Source: Firmicutes bacterium UBA5493 (GTDB lineage Bacteria > Bacillota > Limnochordia > Darwinibacteriales > Darwinibacteriaceae). Taken from it: a DNA stretch of 64,000 nt. Both the position numbers and the translations under genes were made by a program. The DNA is taken from positions 70,550 through 134,549 of the forward strand of contig DIPH01000015.1 in assembly GCA_002424045.1 (NCBI GenBank). Direction: 5' to 3'. The notes beneath the pieces were generated by a model, which saw only the letters and a list, made by a program, of their open reading frames with translations, was not told the origin of the DNA and ran no database searches. This document shows, piece by piece, positions 47,925 through 56,549 of this stretch (the stretch's first letter is position 1; every line of letters starts with the position of its first letter).

Positions 47925-49097
47925 GTGATTTTTATCTTGAAGCGCTACTATTCGGACCCATGGTTACGAAACCTCGACACCAAGATACTCTCCCAGCACC
48001 AAGAAGATGACCGCCATTTGGTTGTCCTGGAAGAGACAATTTTCTATCCCACAGGGGGCGGTCAGCCCCATGATCTAGGCTCCGTCAACGGAGTATCCCT
48101 CATCGATGTTTTCGAAAAGGATGGGGTCGTTTTCCACGCCCTAGAACACCCGCTACAAGGAGATGACGCTTCCTGCGTTCTCGATTGGCCCCGACGCCTA
48201 GACCATATGCAGCAACATAGCGGGCAGCATCTTCTTTCCGCCGTCTTCCATGACGACTATGGCTATCGCACGGAGAGCTTTCATCTCGGGGAAGAATACT
48301 GCAGCATCGATATATCTACGCCTTCCTTATCCAACGAGGACCAAATTGCCGTAGAAACCAAGGTCAACACCGTGGTTTTCTCCAATCTACCCCTCCTCAC
48401 GTATACGCTCAGTCCCGGAGAACGAGGAAAGGTCCCTCTCCGCAAGATTCCAAACCTTGACGCTGATCTACGTATTGTGGAGATCCAAGGACTTGATTAT
48501 TCGCCCTGTTCAGGAACGCATGTAAGTAGCACAAGTCAGATTGGTCTTGTAAAAATCATCAAGAGCGAAAAGTACAAGGGCATGACCCGGGTGTACTTCC
48601 TTTGCGGAGACCGTGCGTTACGGGACTATGGACGTAAACAAGAAGTCTGTCACAATTTGGGTAGCCTCTTGTCCGTTCCAGAAGAGGCACTACATGAGCG
48701 CATGGCCCTGGAATTAGAACGCAAACAGGAGCTGGAGAAGAAAATTCTGGAACTTACAAATGAGCTCATGGATTTGAGAGCGCAAAGCATTGTCGCCCAA
48801 GGCGCAAGTCCTTTTTATCTGGAGTCCCCCAATGCAACCATAGAAGAAGCGCGGCAGCTGGCCCATTCCGTGTTGAATTTAGCGACAGGAACAGTGATCA
48901 TCCGCTTAGGCGAGCGACTGGTCTTAGCGCATAATCAAGCCGATACGTTGCACCTAGGGCAGCTAATCAAGGAGAAAGCCGGGCCCCTAGGAGGTCGGGG
49001 TGGCGGAAATGCAACAGGAGCCCAAGTATATTTCCCCGATCGAGCTGGACTCAGGGAATTTTTGAGCGCCCTTAAGATAGACCTAGAAAGTGACTAA
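47925..49097 (+). CDS. Alanyl-tRNA editing protein AlaX-L (AlaRS editing domain plus DHHA1)
   Basis: YYSDPWL N-terminus, HSGQHLL (HxxxH) and CSGTH zinc motifs, C-terminal GGRGGG DHHA1. Confidence 0.8.
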   Translation: MIFILKRYYSDPWLRNLDTKILSQHQEDDRHLVVLEETIFYPTGGGQPHDLGSVNGVSLIDVFEKDGVVFHALEHPLQGDDASCVLDWPRRLDHMQQHSGQHLLSAVFHDDYGYRTESFHLGEEYCSIDISTPSLSNEDQIAVETKVNTVVFSNLPLLTYTLSPGERGKVPLRKIPNLDADLRIVEIQGLDYSPCSGTHVSSTSQIGLVKIIKSEKYKGMTRVYFLCGDRALRDYGRKQEVCHNLGSLLSVPEEALHERMALELERKQELEKKILELTNELMDLRAQSIVAQGASPFYLESPNATIEEARQLAHSVLNLATGTVIIRLGERLVLAHNQADTLHLGQLIKEKAGPLGGRGGGNATGAQVYFPDRAGLREFLSALKIDLESD

Positions 49098-49266
49098 CAT
49101 CCCCAACTACCTTTTCGCGTTTGTCGCATCATTTCGCGGGTGACTGCAGAAATGTAAAAAAAATCAGAGAAGGAGCGTAATTTAGTATTTTCGAAGTAGG
49201 GAAACAGATACATTACGTAGAATTATCCTAATTAACACAGGCATAACTCAGGAGGAGTTTGGCGTA

Positions 49267-50598
49267 ATGTCGATTTCGGAAGTACTGCTGTGTCTCTTTC
49301 TCATCGGATTACAAATTTTTGTTAGCCTGCGCTTACTTGGTCGTAAGACTGTGTGGTGGAAAGTGATATCCTTTACCCTTTTACAGACATCCTCTATCGT
49401 GCTATTCACCTACATCATTCCTAGTCCAGCACCACAGTTTCTTGCCATCTCCGTCACACATTTCGTGTATTTCATGTGGGTCTTCAATGTAGACCTCTTC
49501 CCAGACGCTCTGGCCTGTTATCTCACCCCCCTTGCCTGTGGTGCCGTGGGGGAACTTCTGTTCGTACGATTATTTCAGACCTATCTCAATGAGCTTCACC
49601 TGCCGAACCTATCGGCAAGAACATTCGGTCCGTCCTTTAGTCTAGAGGCCTATATACCCATTCTGCTCTTAGCCCCTTATTTTCTCATCAGGGATCATAT
49701 GGCTAGCAAGAGTGACGATGATCGTCGGCGGCCTGCAAAGCTAGGTAGCGTTGACTGGCTCATAGTATGTGCAGCCATCGCCATCTGTTGTTACCTCCGA
49801 AGCCCAGTTGCAGACGTCAGTTCAGGCACGGGGGCCCTTTTTGGCAACCTATTTCTTGGAGGTTGTCTTTTTACGTTACCCCTTGCCCTCATCGCAGTAC
49901 ATCAATACATAACCAAGGAGATACAGACGGGCAAGTCTCTGCAGTATCATGCAAAACAGCATGCAGTCCAAAAGTCAGCCATCAAGACCCTACGAGAAGA
50001 ACGCCATGAATTCATCAATGAGCTAACCCTCATATCAACATATCTTCAAATGGGGAAGATAAAAGAGGCCATGACCTGCATTGATTATAGTTCGGCCAAA
50101 CTGGCCGATCGCAACAACTATGCAACCTTACCCCAAGATGCCTGGCTCACTGTCTTAGAGTTAAAGCAGACAGAGGCCAGGCATCGGCAAATCGATTTTC
50201 AAGTGGATGTGCAAGCTGATGCCCCCTACTGTTTCACAGAACAGCGTCTGCTTCCCAAACTAATCATCAACCTGGTGGATAACGCCTTTAACGCCGTTTC
50301 CATGCGCTCCAACCCCCGAGTTACGTTGACCTGGTCTTTTGGCCCTACAGGAGAACGCATCCTCACGGTGACCAATAATGGACCAGAAATCTCGCCCTGG
50401 GACGGCAAAATGATGTTTCGCGGAGGGGTAACCACGAAAAATGATTCTTCCGGTAACCATGGCTGGGGTTTAGTGATCTGCCGGGACATAGCCCGTGAAC
50501 TAGAGGGCTCCCTAACTTATAATAGCTCTCCAGAGGAGACCTCCTTTATTCTGACCCTGCCCCCCGTAAAGGCCAACGAGGAACGAGTTGCTACTTAG
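49267..50598 (+). CDS. AgrC-like (HPK10 family) membrane sensor histidine kinase, orphan
   Basis: About 6 N-terminal TM helices. H-box EERHEFINELTLISTYL resembles the AgrC/ComD R-H-D-Y-x-N-x-L pattern. C-terminal GHKL ATPase (LVDNAFNA, GWGLVICRDIA). No response regulator adjacent. Confidence 0.7.
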   Translation: MSISEVLLCLFLIGLQIFVSLRLLGRKTVWWKVISFTLLQTSSIVLFTYIIPSPAPQFLAISVTHFVYFMWVFNVDLFPDALACYLTPLACGAVGELLFVRLFQTYLNELHLPNLSARTFGPSFSLEAYIPILLLAPYFLIRDHMASKSDDDRRRPAKLGSVDWLIVCAAIAICCYLRSPVADVSSGTGALFGNLFLGGCLFTLPLALIAVHQYITKEIQTGKSLQYHAKQHAVQKSAIKTLREERHEFINELTLISTYLQMGKIKEAMTCIDYSSAKLADRNNYATLPQDAWLTVLELKQTEARHRQIDFQVDVQADAPYCFTEQRLLPKLIINLVDNAFNAVSMRSNPRVTLTWSFGPTGERILTVTNNGPEISPWDGKMMFRGGVTTKNDSSGNHGWGLVICRDIARELEGSLTYNSSPEETSFILTLPPVKANEERVAT

Positions 50599-51256
50599 GA
50601 AGGTAGGGAACAACCTGGTCTGTACCTTTGCAAATCATCCCAGGAGGGATGCTGCCCCGGATAGATGTGAGGGGATAGACTATGGAGCCCCTACCCACGA
50701 GAGTGCCGGGGTTTAAAACCGCATTACAGCCAACTTCTACCTGATCACCAAGGATCGCACCAAACTTCCTCAGTCCCGTCTCTAGGACTTCTTGCTCCAG
50801 CCTTACCTTGACATTTTCCTTCGTGGACTTAAAGTTGGAGATGATGGCACCAGCACCTAGATGCGCGCTTTGTCCTAAGATCGAGTCACCTACGTAATTA
50901 AAGTGGGGTAGTTGCACGCGAGAAAAAAGGATCGCCTGCTTTACCTCACTAGAATTTCCCAAAACCACTCCATCACCAGCCAGAACATTACCTCGTACGA
51001 AGGCACCCGGCCTGATATCGCAGTCTTCTCCAAATAGGGCTGGACCATAGAAATGGGCAGTATCAGCCACTTTGGTTCGGGCTCCCACCCAAACCCCCTG
51101 CGTAATCTGCCTAAATTTTCCAGGATCTTTTTGCACCAATTCATCAATGAGATCCTCGATCATACACAATACATCCCAGGGGTATTGCGCCCGAGCAAAG
51201 GCTTCCGGGCAAGGACAACCTTCAAAGCTGAAAAACTCACTTATCTTCAGCAACAT
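50591..51256 (-). CDS. Hexapeptide-repeat (left-handed beta-helix) acyltransferase-like protein
   Basis: 221 aa with repeated [LIV]-G-x-x-x-x hexapeptides (VLAGDGVVLGNSSEV..., GDSILGQSAHLGAGAII...). Resembles the GlmU C-terminal LbH domain. Confidence 0.65.
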   Translation of the reverse strand: MLLKISEFFSFEGCPCPEAFARAQYPWDVLCMIEDLIDELVQKDPGKFRQITQGVWVGARTKVADTAHFYGPALFGEDCDIRPGAFVRGNVLAGDGVVLGNSSEVKQAILFSRVQLPHFNYVGDSILGQSAHLGAGAIISNFKSTKENVKVRLEQEVLETGLRKFGAILGDQVEVGCNAVLNPGTLVGRGSIVYPLTSIRGSIPPGMICKGTDQVVPYLPK

Positions 51257-51268
51257 TTCTACCTCCCC

Positions 51269-52090
51269 CTACTCCACTTGTCTTCGGATAAACAAAGAAG
51301 CGATCCATACTCCGCAGGCAAACAGACCCAAACAGAGCACTAACTCAAAAGCAGTTCGGGGCCACCCAGGAAACGAAGCCCACAGAGATCCCAACATGAG
51401 GCCTATGATGGCATAAGAAACATGCCCGTACGTCCGTTTGAAAAGCCAGTTCATGGCCTTGGAAACCACGACAATGGCAGGAAGGAAACCCAAAGCCACT
51501 GGAATTAGAACGGTTAAATCGAGTTGCACCACCGCCCTAAGAAGTTCTTCATAAAAACCAAAGGCAATCAGCAGAAACGATGCACTAAGCCCTGGGATAA
51601 CCAAACCTATCCCTAAAACACTCCCTTTCAACGCTGCGCTTAGCACTCCTGAAGTCAAGGTAGACCCTTCCCCAGCAATTCTAGGCAGACCGGTTACCAT
51701 AATCAGTGTGAGTAAACCAACCAGAAGACTTACTAGAAAAGAGAGGCGAAACCCCTTGGCATTGGCCAACTTCACCATGGAAGGAATGCTGGCGATAACC
51801 AGTCCGAAGAAAAAGTATAAAGTGGCCATGGGATGCTGCGCAAATAGGTACTCTAAAATTCTGGCCAGAAAGAGAAGGCACACGGCTGCCCCCATACCAA
51901 GGGGGGCCAAGAACTTGATGTTTTCACGCCAATTCGCAAAGGGCTTGGCAATGGCGGCAATAATGGGTGCATAGAGTCCCAAAACCATGGCTAAAACACC
52001 TCCGCTCACCCCTGGAACCACCATGCCGAAACCAATCACAAAGCCACTCGCAAGCCGATACCAAAAGCTCTGCTCCTTAACCACGCTCAC
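51269..52090 (-). CDS. DUF368-family polytopic membrane protein
   Basis: 273 aa with internal duplication VPGVSGGVLAMVLGLY / IPGLSASFLLIAFGFY. Confidence 0.55.
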   Translation of the reverse strand: MSVVKEQSFWYRLASGFVIGFGMVVPGVSGGVLAMVLGLYAPIIAAIAKPFANWRENIKFLAPLGMGAAVCLLFLARILEYLFAQHPMATLYFFFGLVIASIPSMVKLANAKGFRLSFLVSLLVGLLTLIMVTGLPRIAGEGSTLTSGVLSAALKGSVLGIGLVIPGLSASFLLIAFGFYEELLRAVVQLDLTVLIPVALGFLPAIVVVSKAMNWLFKRTYGHVSYAIIGLMLGSLWASFPGWPRTAFELVLCLGLFACGVWIASLFIRRQVE

Positions 52091-52814
52091 GGACTCCTTT
52101 CAAACCGTCCCGGTTTTTGATTAGGATTCGACGTTGGCCAATTTGCTCGATGAAACCGAGTTCTTGAAATGATGTTAGTTTTCGGCTTAGAGTCTCGCCA
52201 GTCATACCTATCTGCGAGGCCCAGTCTCTCTTGCTCATCTCCAGCTCAATCTCTACATCACCCATGCTCAAATCTAAGAGCGCCTGGGCCAAGCGCCTCT
52301 CTACCGAATGCAGGCTAATGTCCTCGAGAAGCCGTTCGGCCGTTTCCAAACGCTTGCTGAGCTCCTCTAAAATCCTAAAGGCTATACTGGGGTATTTGCC
52401 CATCAACTCTTTTAGAGCGTCGCCGTCAATAACACACATACTACTTTCTTCTAAGGCCTCGGCATAATCGCCCATGGGAGAATGATTGAACAGGGTTAGT
52501 TCGCCCAAAAAATCGCCAGAACGTAGTATACGAATCACCTGCTCTTTGCCTGTATCACTCAGACGATAGATCTTGACTCGCCCAGAGTGGATGACAAATA
52601 GGCTATCTACTTCATCATCCATGGCATAAATCTCTTCTCCTTTTTGAACGACCACTCGACGCGTAATCTGGGCCACCTCCAACATCTCTTCCTCGGTGAG
52701 ACTGTGAAAGATCGGAACAAGAGTTATGCAATTCGACTCCTCATCGTACTCGCAATGGCACTTCATGGGCATCACCTCCCCTTTAAGCATATGTGCGCTA
52801 TAAAAACAATTCAC
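52077..52814 (-). CDS. Crp/Fnr-family transcriptional regulator with N-terminal cysteine cluster
   Basis: cNMP-binding beta-roll (RILRSGDFLGELTLF) plus C-terminal HTH (RDWASQIGMTGETLSRKL). N-terminal C-x-C-x7-C (KCHCEYDEESNC). Start position uncertain. Confidence 0.75.
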   Translation of the reverse strand: MNCFYSAHMLKGEVMPMKCHCEYDEESNCITLVPIFHSLTEEEMLEVAQITRRVVVQKGEEIYAMDDEVDSLFVIHSGRVKIYRLSDTGKEQVIRILRSGDFLGELTLFNHSPMGDYAEALEESSMCVIDGDALKELMGKYPSIAFRILEELSKRLETAERLLEDISLHSVERRLAQALLDLSMGDVEIELEMSKRDWASQIGMTGETLSRKLTSFQELGFIEQIGQRRILIKNRDGLKGVRERG

Positions 52815-52947
52815 CTTTCTCCCCTAGATTCCTGCAGTGAGGGTTACCGAGTTCGCAAGCCTATTTTATTCTACCCCACCTGCATCCAGACCACATCTAG
52901 GATCAAGAATCCCCACGGGAAACTGGGTGCCAGTGGGGACTTTCCGT

Positions 52948-53298
52948 CTACTTGCCAAAGTTTAGAGGATAAACGTTGCCAATAGGAACAGAGAACATAA
53001 AGCCTACGCTAGGATGATCCACGTCACCGAGGACATCCTTCACAGCCTCTACTGTCCGTTCAACTAATTGCTCACTGTCTACAACAGTGAAGATCGTCTT
53101 GTTATAGGGCCGAGCCCCTTCCATGAAGGTCTTCAGGGAACCGAATAAAGGAAAGTCCCTTCCTCTACTACTCACTAGGGCGCTGGCCATCCCTTGGCTG
53201 TCCAAAATCGTAGCTCCCTGCACTCCCACATCTACGAATCGAGCCAGGATTTCATCTAGATAATCTGTTTCATTCAAAACCAGGAACAAAGCATACAT
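52948..53298 (-). CDS. PII-like small signalling protein (DarA/PstA-DUF970- or DUF190-like fold)
   Basis: 116 aa after trimming to MYALFLVL (ribosome-binding site AAAGGAGG, 8-nt spacer). beta-alpha-beta pattern and T-loop-like GS-rich segment parallel B. subtilis DarA. Confidence 0.5.
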   Translation of the reverse strand: MYALFLVLNETDYLDEILARFVDVGVQGATILDSQGMASALVSSRGRDFPLFGSLKTFMEGARPYNKTIFTVVDSEQLVERTVEAVKDVLGDVDHPSVGFMFSVPIGNVYPLNFGK

Positions 53299-53320
53299 AC
53301 TGTCGGCCTCCTTTGATAGT

Positions 53321-54508
53321 CTACCTAATCGTTGACCCCATACCACGGATCTCTCCAGCTTTTTGGATGGCCATTTTGGCAATGTTGGTACCAACAATTT
53401 CGTAGAGCAAGACACTGACCACAATTATAGCAATAACATCCATGCTTATATCCGGCTGATGTTGCAGTACTAGAATCGCTAGCGCGATAGACAATCCGCC
53501 TTGGGGCAGCAGTGCTACGCCCAAGTGTTTTTGCACAGCGGGTTCGGCCTTCACAGCCTTCGAACCGAGCCATGCGCCAAAGATCTTCCCAAAAGCCCTT
53601 GCCAGAAGGTATCCTAGACCTAAGAGAGCGGCCTGGAGAAGAACCCTCAGATCGAAACGGGCACCGGCCAGTGTAAAGAAGAGCAAGTAAATAGGTGGTG
53701 TAAAGTGATTCAGACTAAAGAAGATCCGATTGGAGTTTTGGGTGAGATTTACCAGGACTGCGCCCATCATAATATTGGTCAACAGAGGAGATAAGGTCAA
53801 CACCTTAGCGACAGCGGTAGAAGCCAGGATCATAGCTATCGTAGTCACTAAAAGCTCGTCACTGTCCCCCGCCTTCTGCCCAAAGAATGTCAAGGCTAAT
53901 CCGAAGACGGCTCCCAGCGCCAAGCTGCCAAAAATCTCTATGACGGGTCTGCCCACTGTCTGCCACACACTTACCTCTGCTCCTAGTGCCACCACGCGGG
54001 TGATCGATATGGCGATCCCAAAGAGCAGGACCCCCAACACTCCATCCAGCGCTATGACTGGCAAGAGCGTTCTCGTGACAGGGCCATCAGCGCGATACTG
54101 CCTCATCACCATGATCGTCGCTGCAGGGGCTGTGGCCGCGGCAATGGATGCCATCACCAAACTGAAGGCAAAATCCTGTTTGAATAGGAAATACATGGTT
54201 GCGAAGACAACGAGGATGGTCCCAAAAACTTCCGAAAAAGTGATGACCACAAAGGATTTTCCAAGTTTCTTCATGTCCCTCACCACAAATTCGCTCCCGA
54301 TCTTGAAAGCCACGATAGCCACTGCAATCTCGGCAATGATGCCTAAGGAAGAAAGATCTTGGCTAGAAAGGAGTTTTAGGCATGAAGGACCTAGAATGAT
54401 ACCGGCGATTACAAAGCCAAAGACATTGGACAACTTGAGGGTCTTCGCTAATCTGCCTGCTAAGCATCCAACCAGAACAACAATTGCGAGTTTGAGTAAC
54501 ATGTCCAT
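53321..54508 (-). CDS. Cation:proton antiporter (CPA1/CPA2-type Na+/H+ or K+/H+ exchanger), no RCK domain
   Basis: About 395 aa, 11-12 TM helices with Na_H_Exchanger-like GPSCLKLL..., ALDGVLGVLLFG motifs. Start trimmed to MDMLLKL (ribosome-binding site AAGGGGGTG). Confidence 0.8.
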   Translation of the reverse strand: MDMLLKLAIVVLVGCLAGRLAKTLKLSNVFGFVIAGIILGPSCLKLLSSQDLSSLGIIAEIAVAIVAFKIGSEFVVRDMKKLGKSFVVITFSEVFGTILVVFATMYFLFKQDFAFSLVMASIAAATAPAATIMVMRQYRADGPVTRTLLPVIALDGVLGVLLFGIAISITRVVALGAEVSVWQTVGRPVIEIFGSLALGAVFGLALTFFGQKAGDSDELLVTTIAMILASTAVAKVLTLSPLLTNIMMGAVLVNLTQNSNRIFFSLNHFTPPIYLLFFTLAGARFDLRVLLQAALLGLGYLLARAFGKIFGAWLGSKAVKAEPAVQKHLGVALLPQGGLSIALAILVLQHQPDISMDVIAIIVVSVLLYEIVGTNIAKMAIQKAGEIRGMGSTIR

Positions 54509-54811
54509 GCACGACACCCCCTTAGACCCAAATATAGCATATTCAGTCTACCCTGTCAAAAAAACTACATGGTTGCCAGACGTCACGAAATGCCTTCTTA
54601 GAAGGGCTTACAGCTTCATGATCACCGATTTTCCCATAGCGGGCATCATTGTAAAGCTGTGTTAAGGCCTTGATGGCTTTCAGGTCAACCTGTTGTCAAC
54701 AACCTTATGATAGTTCCCCCTTTTTTCACGAATCCCTTTAAAGAATCGAAGAGGTAAATTCACTCTAGATGGCGAACTTGATTTGTTGCATCGAAATTCT
54801 GGAGGGACATT

Positions 54812-55603
54812 ATGGACAAGCTAAAAAAGATTAAAACATTTCTTTTAGACCTAGACGGAACCTTTTACCTAGGAGATCAACTCTATCCCTGGTCTCTACC
54901 CTTTGTACACGCCTGTGAGCGGCTGAATAAGCGCTTTATTTTTGTAACCAACAACTCCTCCCAAAACGGAAATCACTATGTAGAGAAACTCCGCAAAATG
55001 GGAGTGACCATCACAGACGAGCAAGTGTTTACTGCGGGTCAAGCCACCATTTTCTATCTCAAAAGATATAACTACCCTAAAAAGATCTACCTAGTGGGCA
55101 CCCCCGCACTTGAAGAAGAATTTAGTGCAGCAGGCTTTATACTCACAAAAAAAGACCCAGAAGCCGTTGTTCTAGGCTTTGACCTTACCCTTACCTATGA
55201 AAAGCTTGAGCGGGCTTGCTTCTTCATTCGTCAGGGCCTACCGTTCATCGCTACACATCCCGACCTTAACTGCCCCACTCTGGAAGGACCGATTCCTGAT
55301 TGCGGCTCTATGATTGCCTTAATCACTGCATCTACAGGAGTCCAGCCCAAAATAATCGGGAAACCCTATCCGGAGATGATCGAAGCCCTACGGGCAAGGT
55401 ATGGCCTTGAAGACCCCAGTACAGTGGCCATGGTAGGGGATCGGCTTTACACCGATATTGCCATGGGAAACGCCGCCGGTATTACCAGCATCCTCGTACT
55501 CAGTGGTGAAACCCAGCTGGAGGATGTGGACAAAACAGATACGGAGACTCGACCTGACGTGATTCTAGAAAATCTCGGTGAGATAGTTAAAGCATATCTC
55601 TAG
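54812..55603 (+). CDS. HAD-superfamily hydrolase, subfamily IIA (NagD/YutF-like sugar-phosphate phosphatase)
   Basis: 263 aa with DLDGT motif I, cap IIA, GDRLYTDI motif IV. Confidence 0.85.
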   Translation: MDKLKKIKTFLLDLDGTFYLGDQLYPWSLPFVHACERLNKRFIFVTNNSSQNGNHYVEKLRKMGVTITDEQVFTAGQATIFYLKRYNYPKKIYLVGTPALEEEFSAAGFILTKKDPEAVVLGFDLTLTYEKLERACFFIRQGLPFIATHPDLNCPTLEGPIPDCGSMIALITASTGVQPKIIGKPYPEMIEALRARYGLEDPSTVAMVGDRLYTDIAMGNAAGITSILVLSGETQLEDVDKTDTETRPDVILENLGEIVKAYL

Positions 55604-56450
55604 GTTCATCTGGGTGCAAGATGTCGCTCTGCAATTCCACGAGGGACTGCCGTAAGTTCTTGAGGCTGGCTTCGGTGCCAAAGTGTGCCTCCTCAAGGCC
55701 TTTAAACTCTAGGGAAATCCAGCCCTCATACCCCTTTGCCTTGAGGACTTGAAAGAGCTTTTTCAGGGGAACCAGACCTAAACCTATCACGCAGCCAACA
55801 TAACCACCGTTCTGTGGTTCTTCGTCTTGATGGGCCAGCCGCACATCAACCGCTCGAACGTGGGCAATATGATCCTTAAGGCGTTCTAAAGCCACTTCTG
55901 GATCCTCACCGGCTACAAGGCTATTGGCCATATTAAAGCCTACCTTCACCTGGGGATTGTCAATTTGTTTTAGAAGCCCAGCCATATGATGGCTCTGAAA
56001 CTCGGCACTCTCTGGGTTTTCTATGGCCAGCATTAAGTCCCTGCCTTGTAAGGCGGGCAAAACCATGTCCACAAGCTCTAAGATTAATGTTTCCACATCT
56101 TTGGCGCTAACAGTGGGATCAAATGCCTCACCGACGATCTGAACATACTCGGCGCCAAGAAATTCAGCGACGGCAAGCTCTGCCTTGATTTTCTCCAACG
56201 CTTTCTCATGTTCTTGCCATCGTAGAGGTTCCATACGATGATGAATGTCGTAACAGGACACCTTAAGGCCCGTCTCCGTCAGTATCTCCTTAATCTCGGT
56301 GCAATTTACATCGGCACCTTGGAGATAAATGTCATCCAGTTCTACACCGTCAACGGCTAGACTGGCTGCATATTTCAAAAAGCCAATGATACTCATTTCT
56401 CCCTGCAAGAGTGCTTCATGTACACTCCGCATACTTATGGCAACCTGCAC
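55587..56450 (-). CDS. Sugar phosphate isomerase/epimerase, xylose-isomerase-like TIM-barrel family
   Basis: 287 aa with AP-endonuclease-2/XI-like TIM barrel features (IENPE, ISLEF). Confidence 0.7.
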   Translation of the reverse strand: MQVAISMRSVHEALLQGEMSIIGFLKYAASLAVDGVELDDIYLQGADVNCTEIKEILTETGLKVSCYDIHHRMEPLRWQEHEKALEKIKAELAVAEFLGAEYVQIVGEAFDPTVSAKDVETLILELVDMVLPALQGRDLMLAIENPESAEFQSHHMAGLLKQIDNPQVKVGFNMANSLVAGEDPEVALERLKDHIAHVRAVDVRLAHQDEEPQNGGYVGCVIGLGLVPLKKLFQVLKAKGYEGWISLEFKGLEEAHFGTEASLKNLRQSLVELQSDILHPDEPRDML

Positions 56451-56549
56451 CGCGCTCAGTCCCTTCTTAGATTATCTATTTCTGGTTACTATTTTATTCA
56501 CCGGCTGAGGCGCTTTCTCCTTGCCCTATGGCACAATTAAATCAAGGGG

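Noticed and set aside
53730-54665. 311-aa plus-strand ORF antisense to the cation/proton antiporter
   Set aside because: Shadow ORF of a convincingly membrane-protein-coding minus-strand gene. Its translation is Ala/Thr/Pro-rich with no domain signature.
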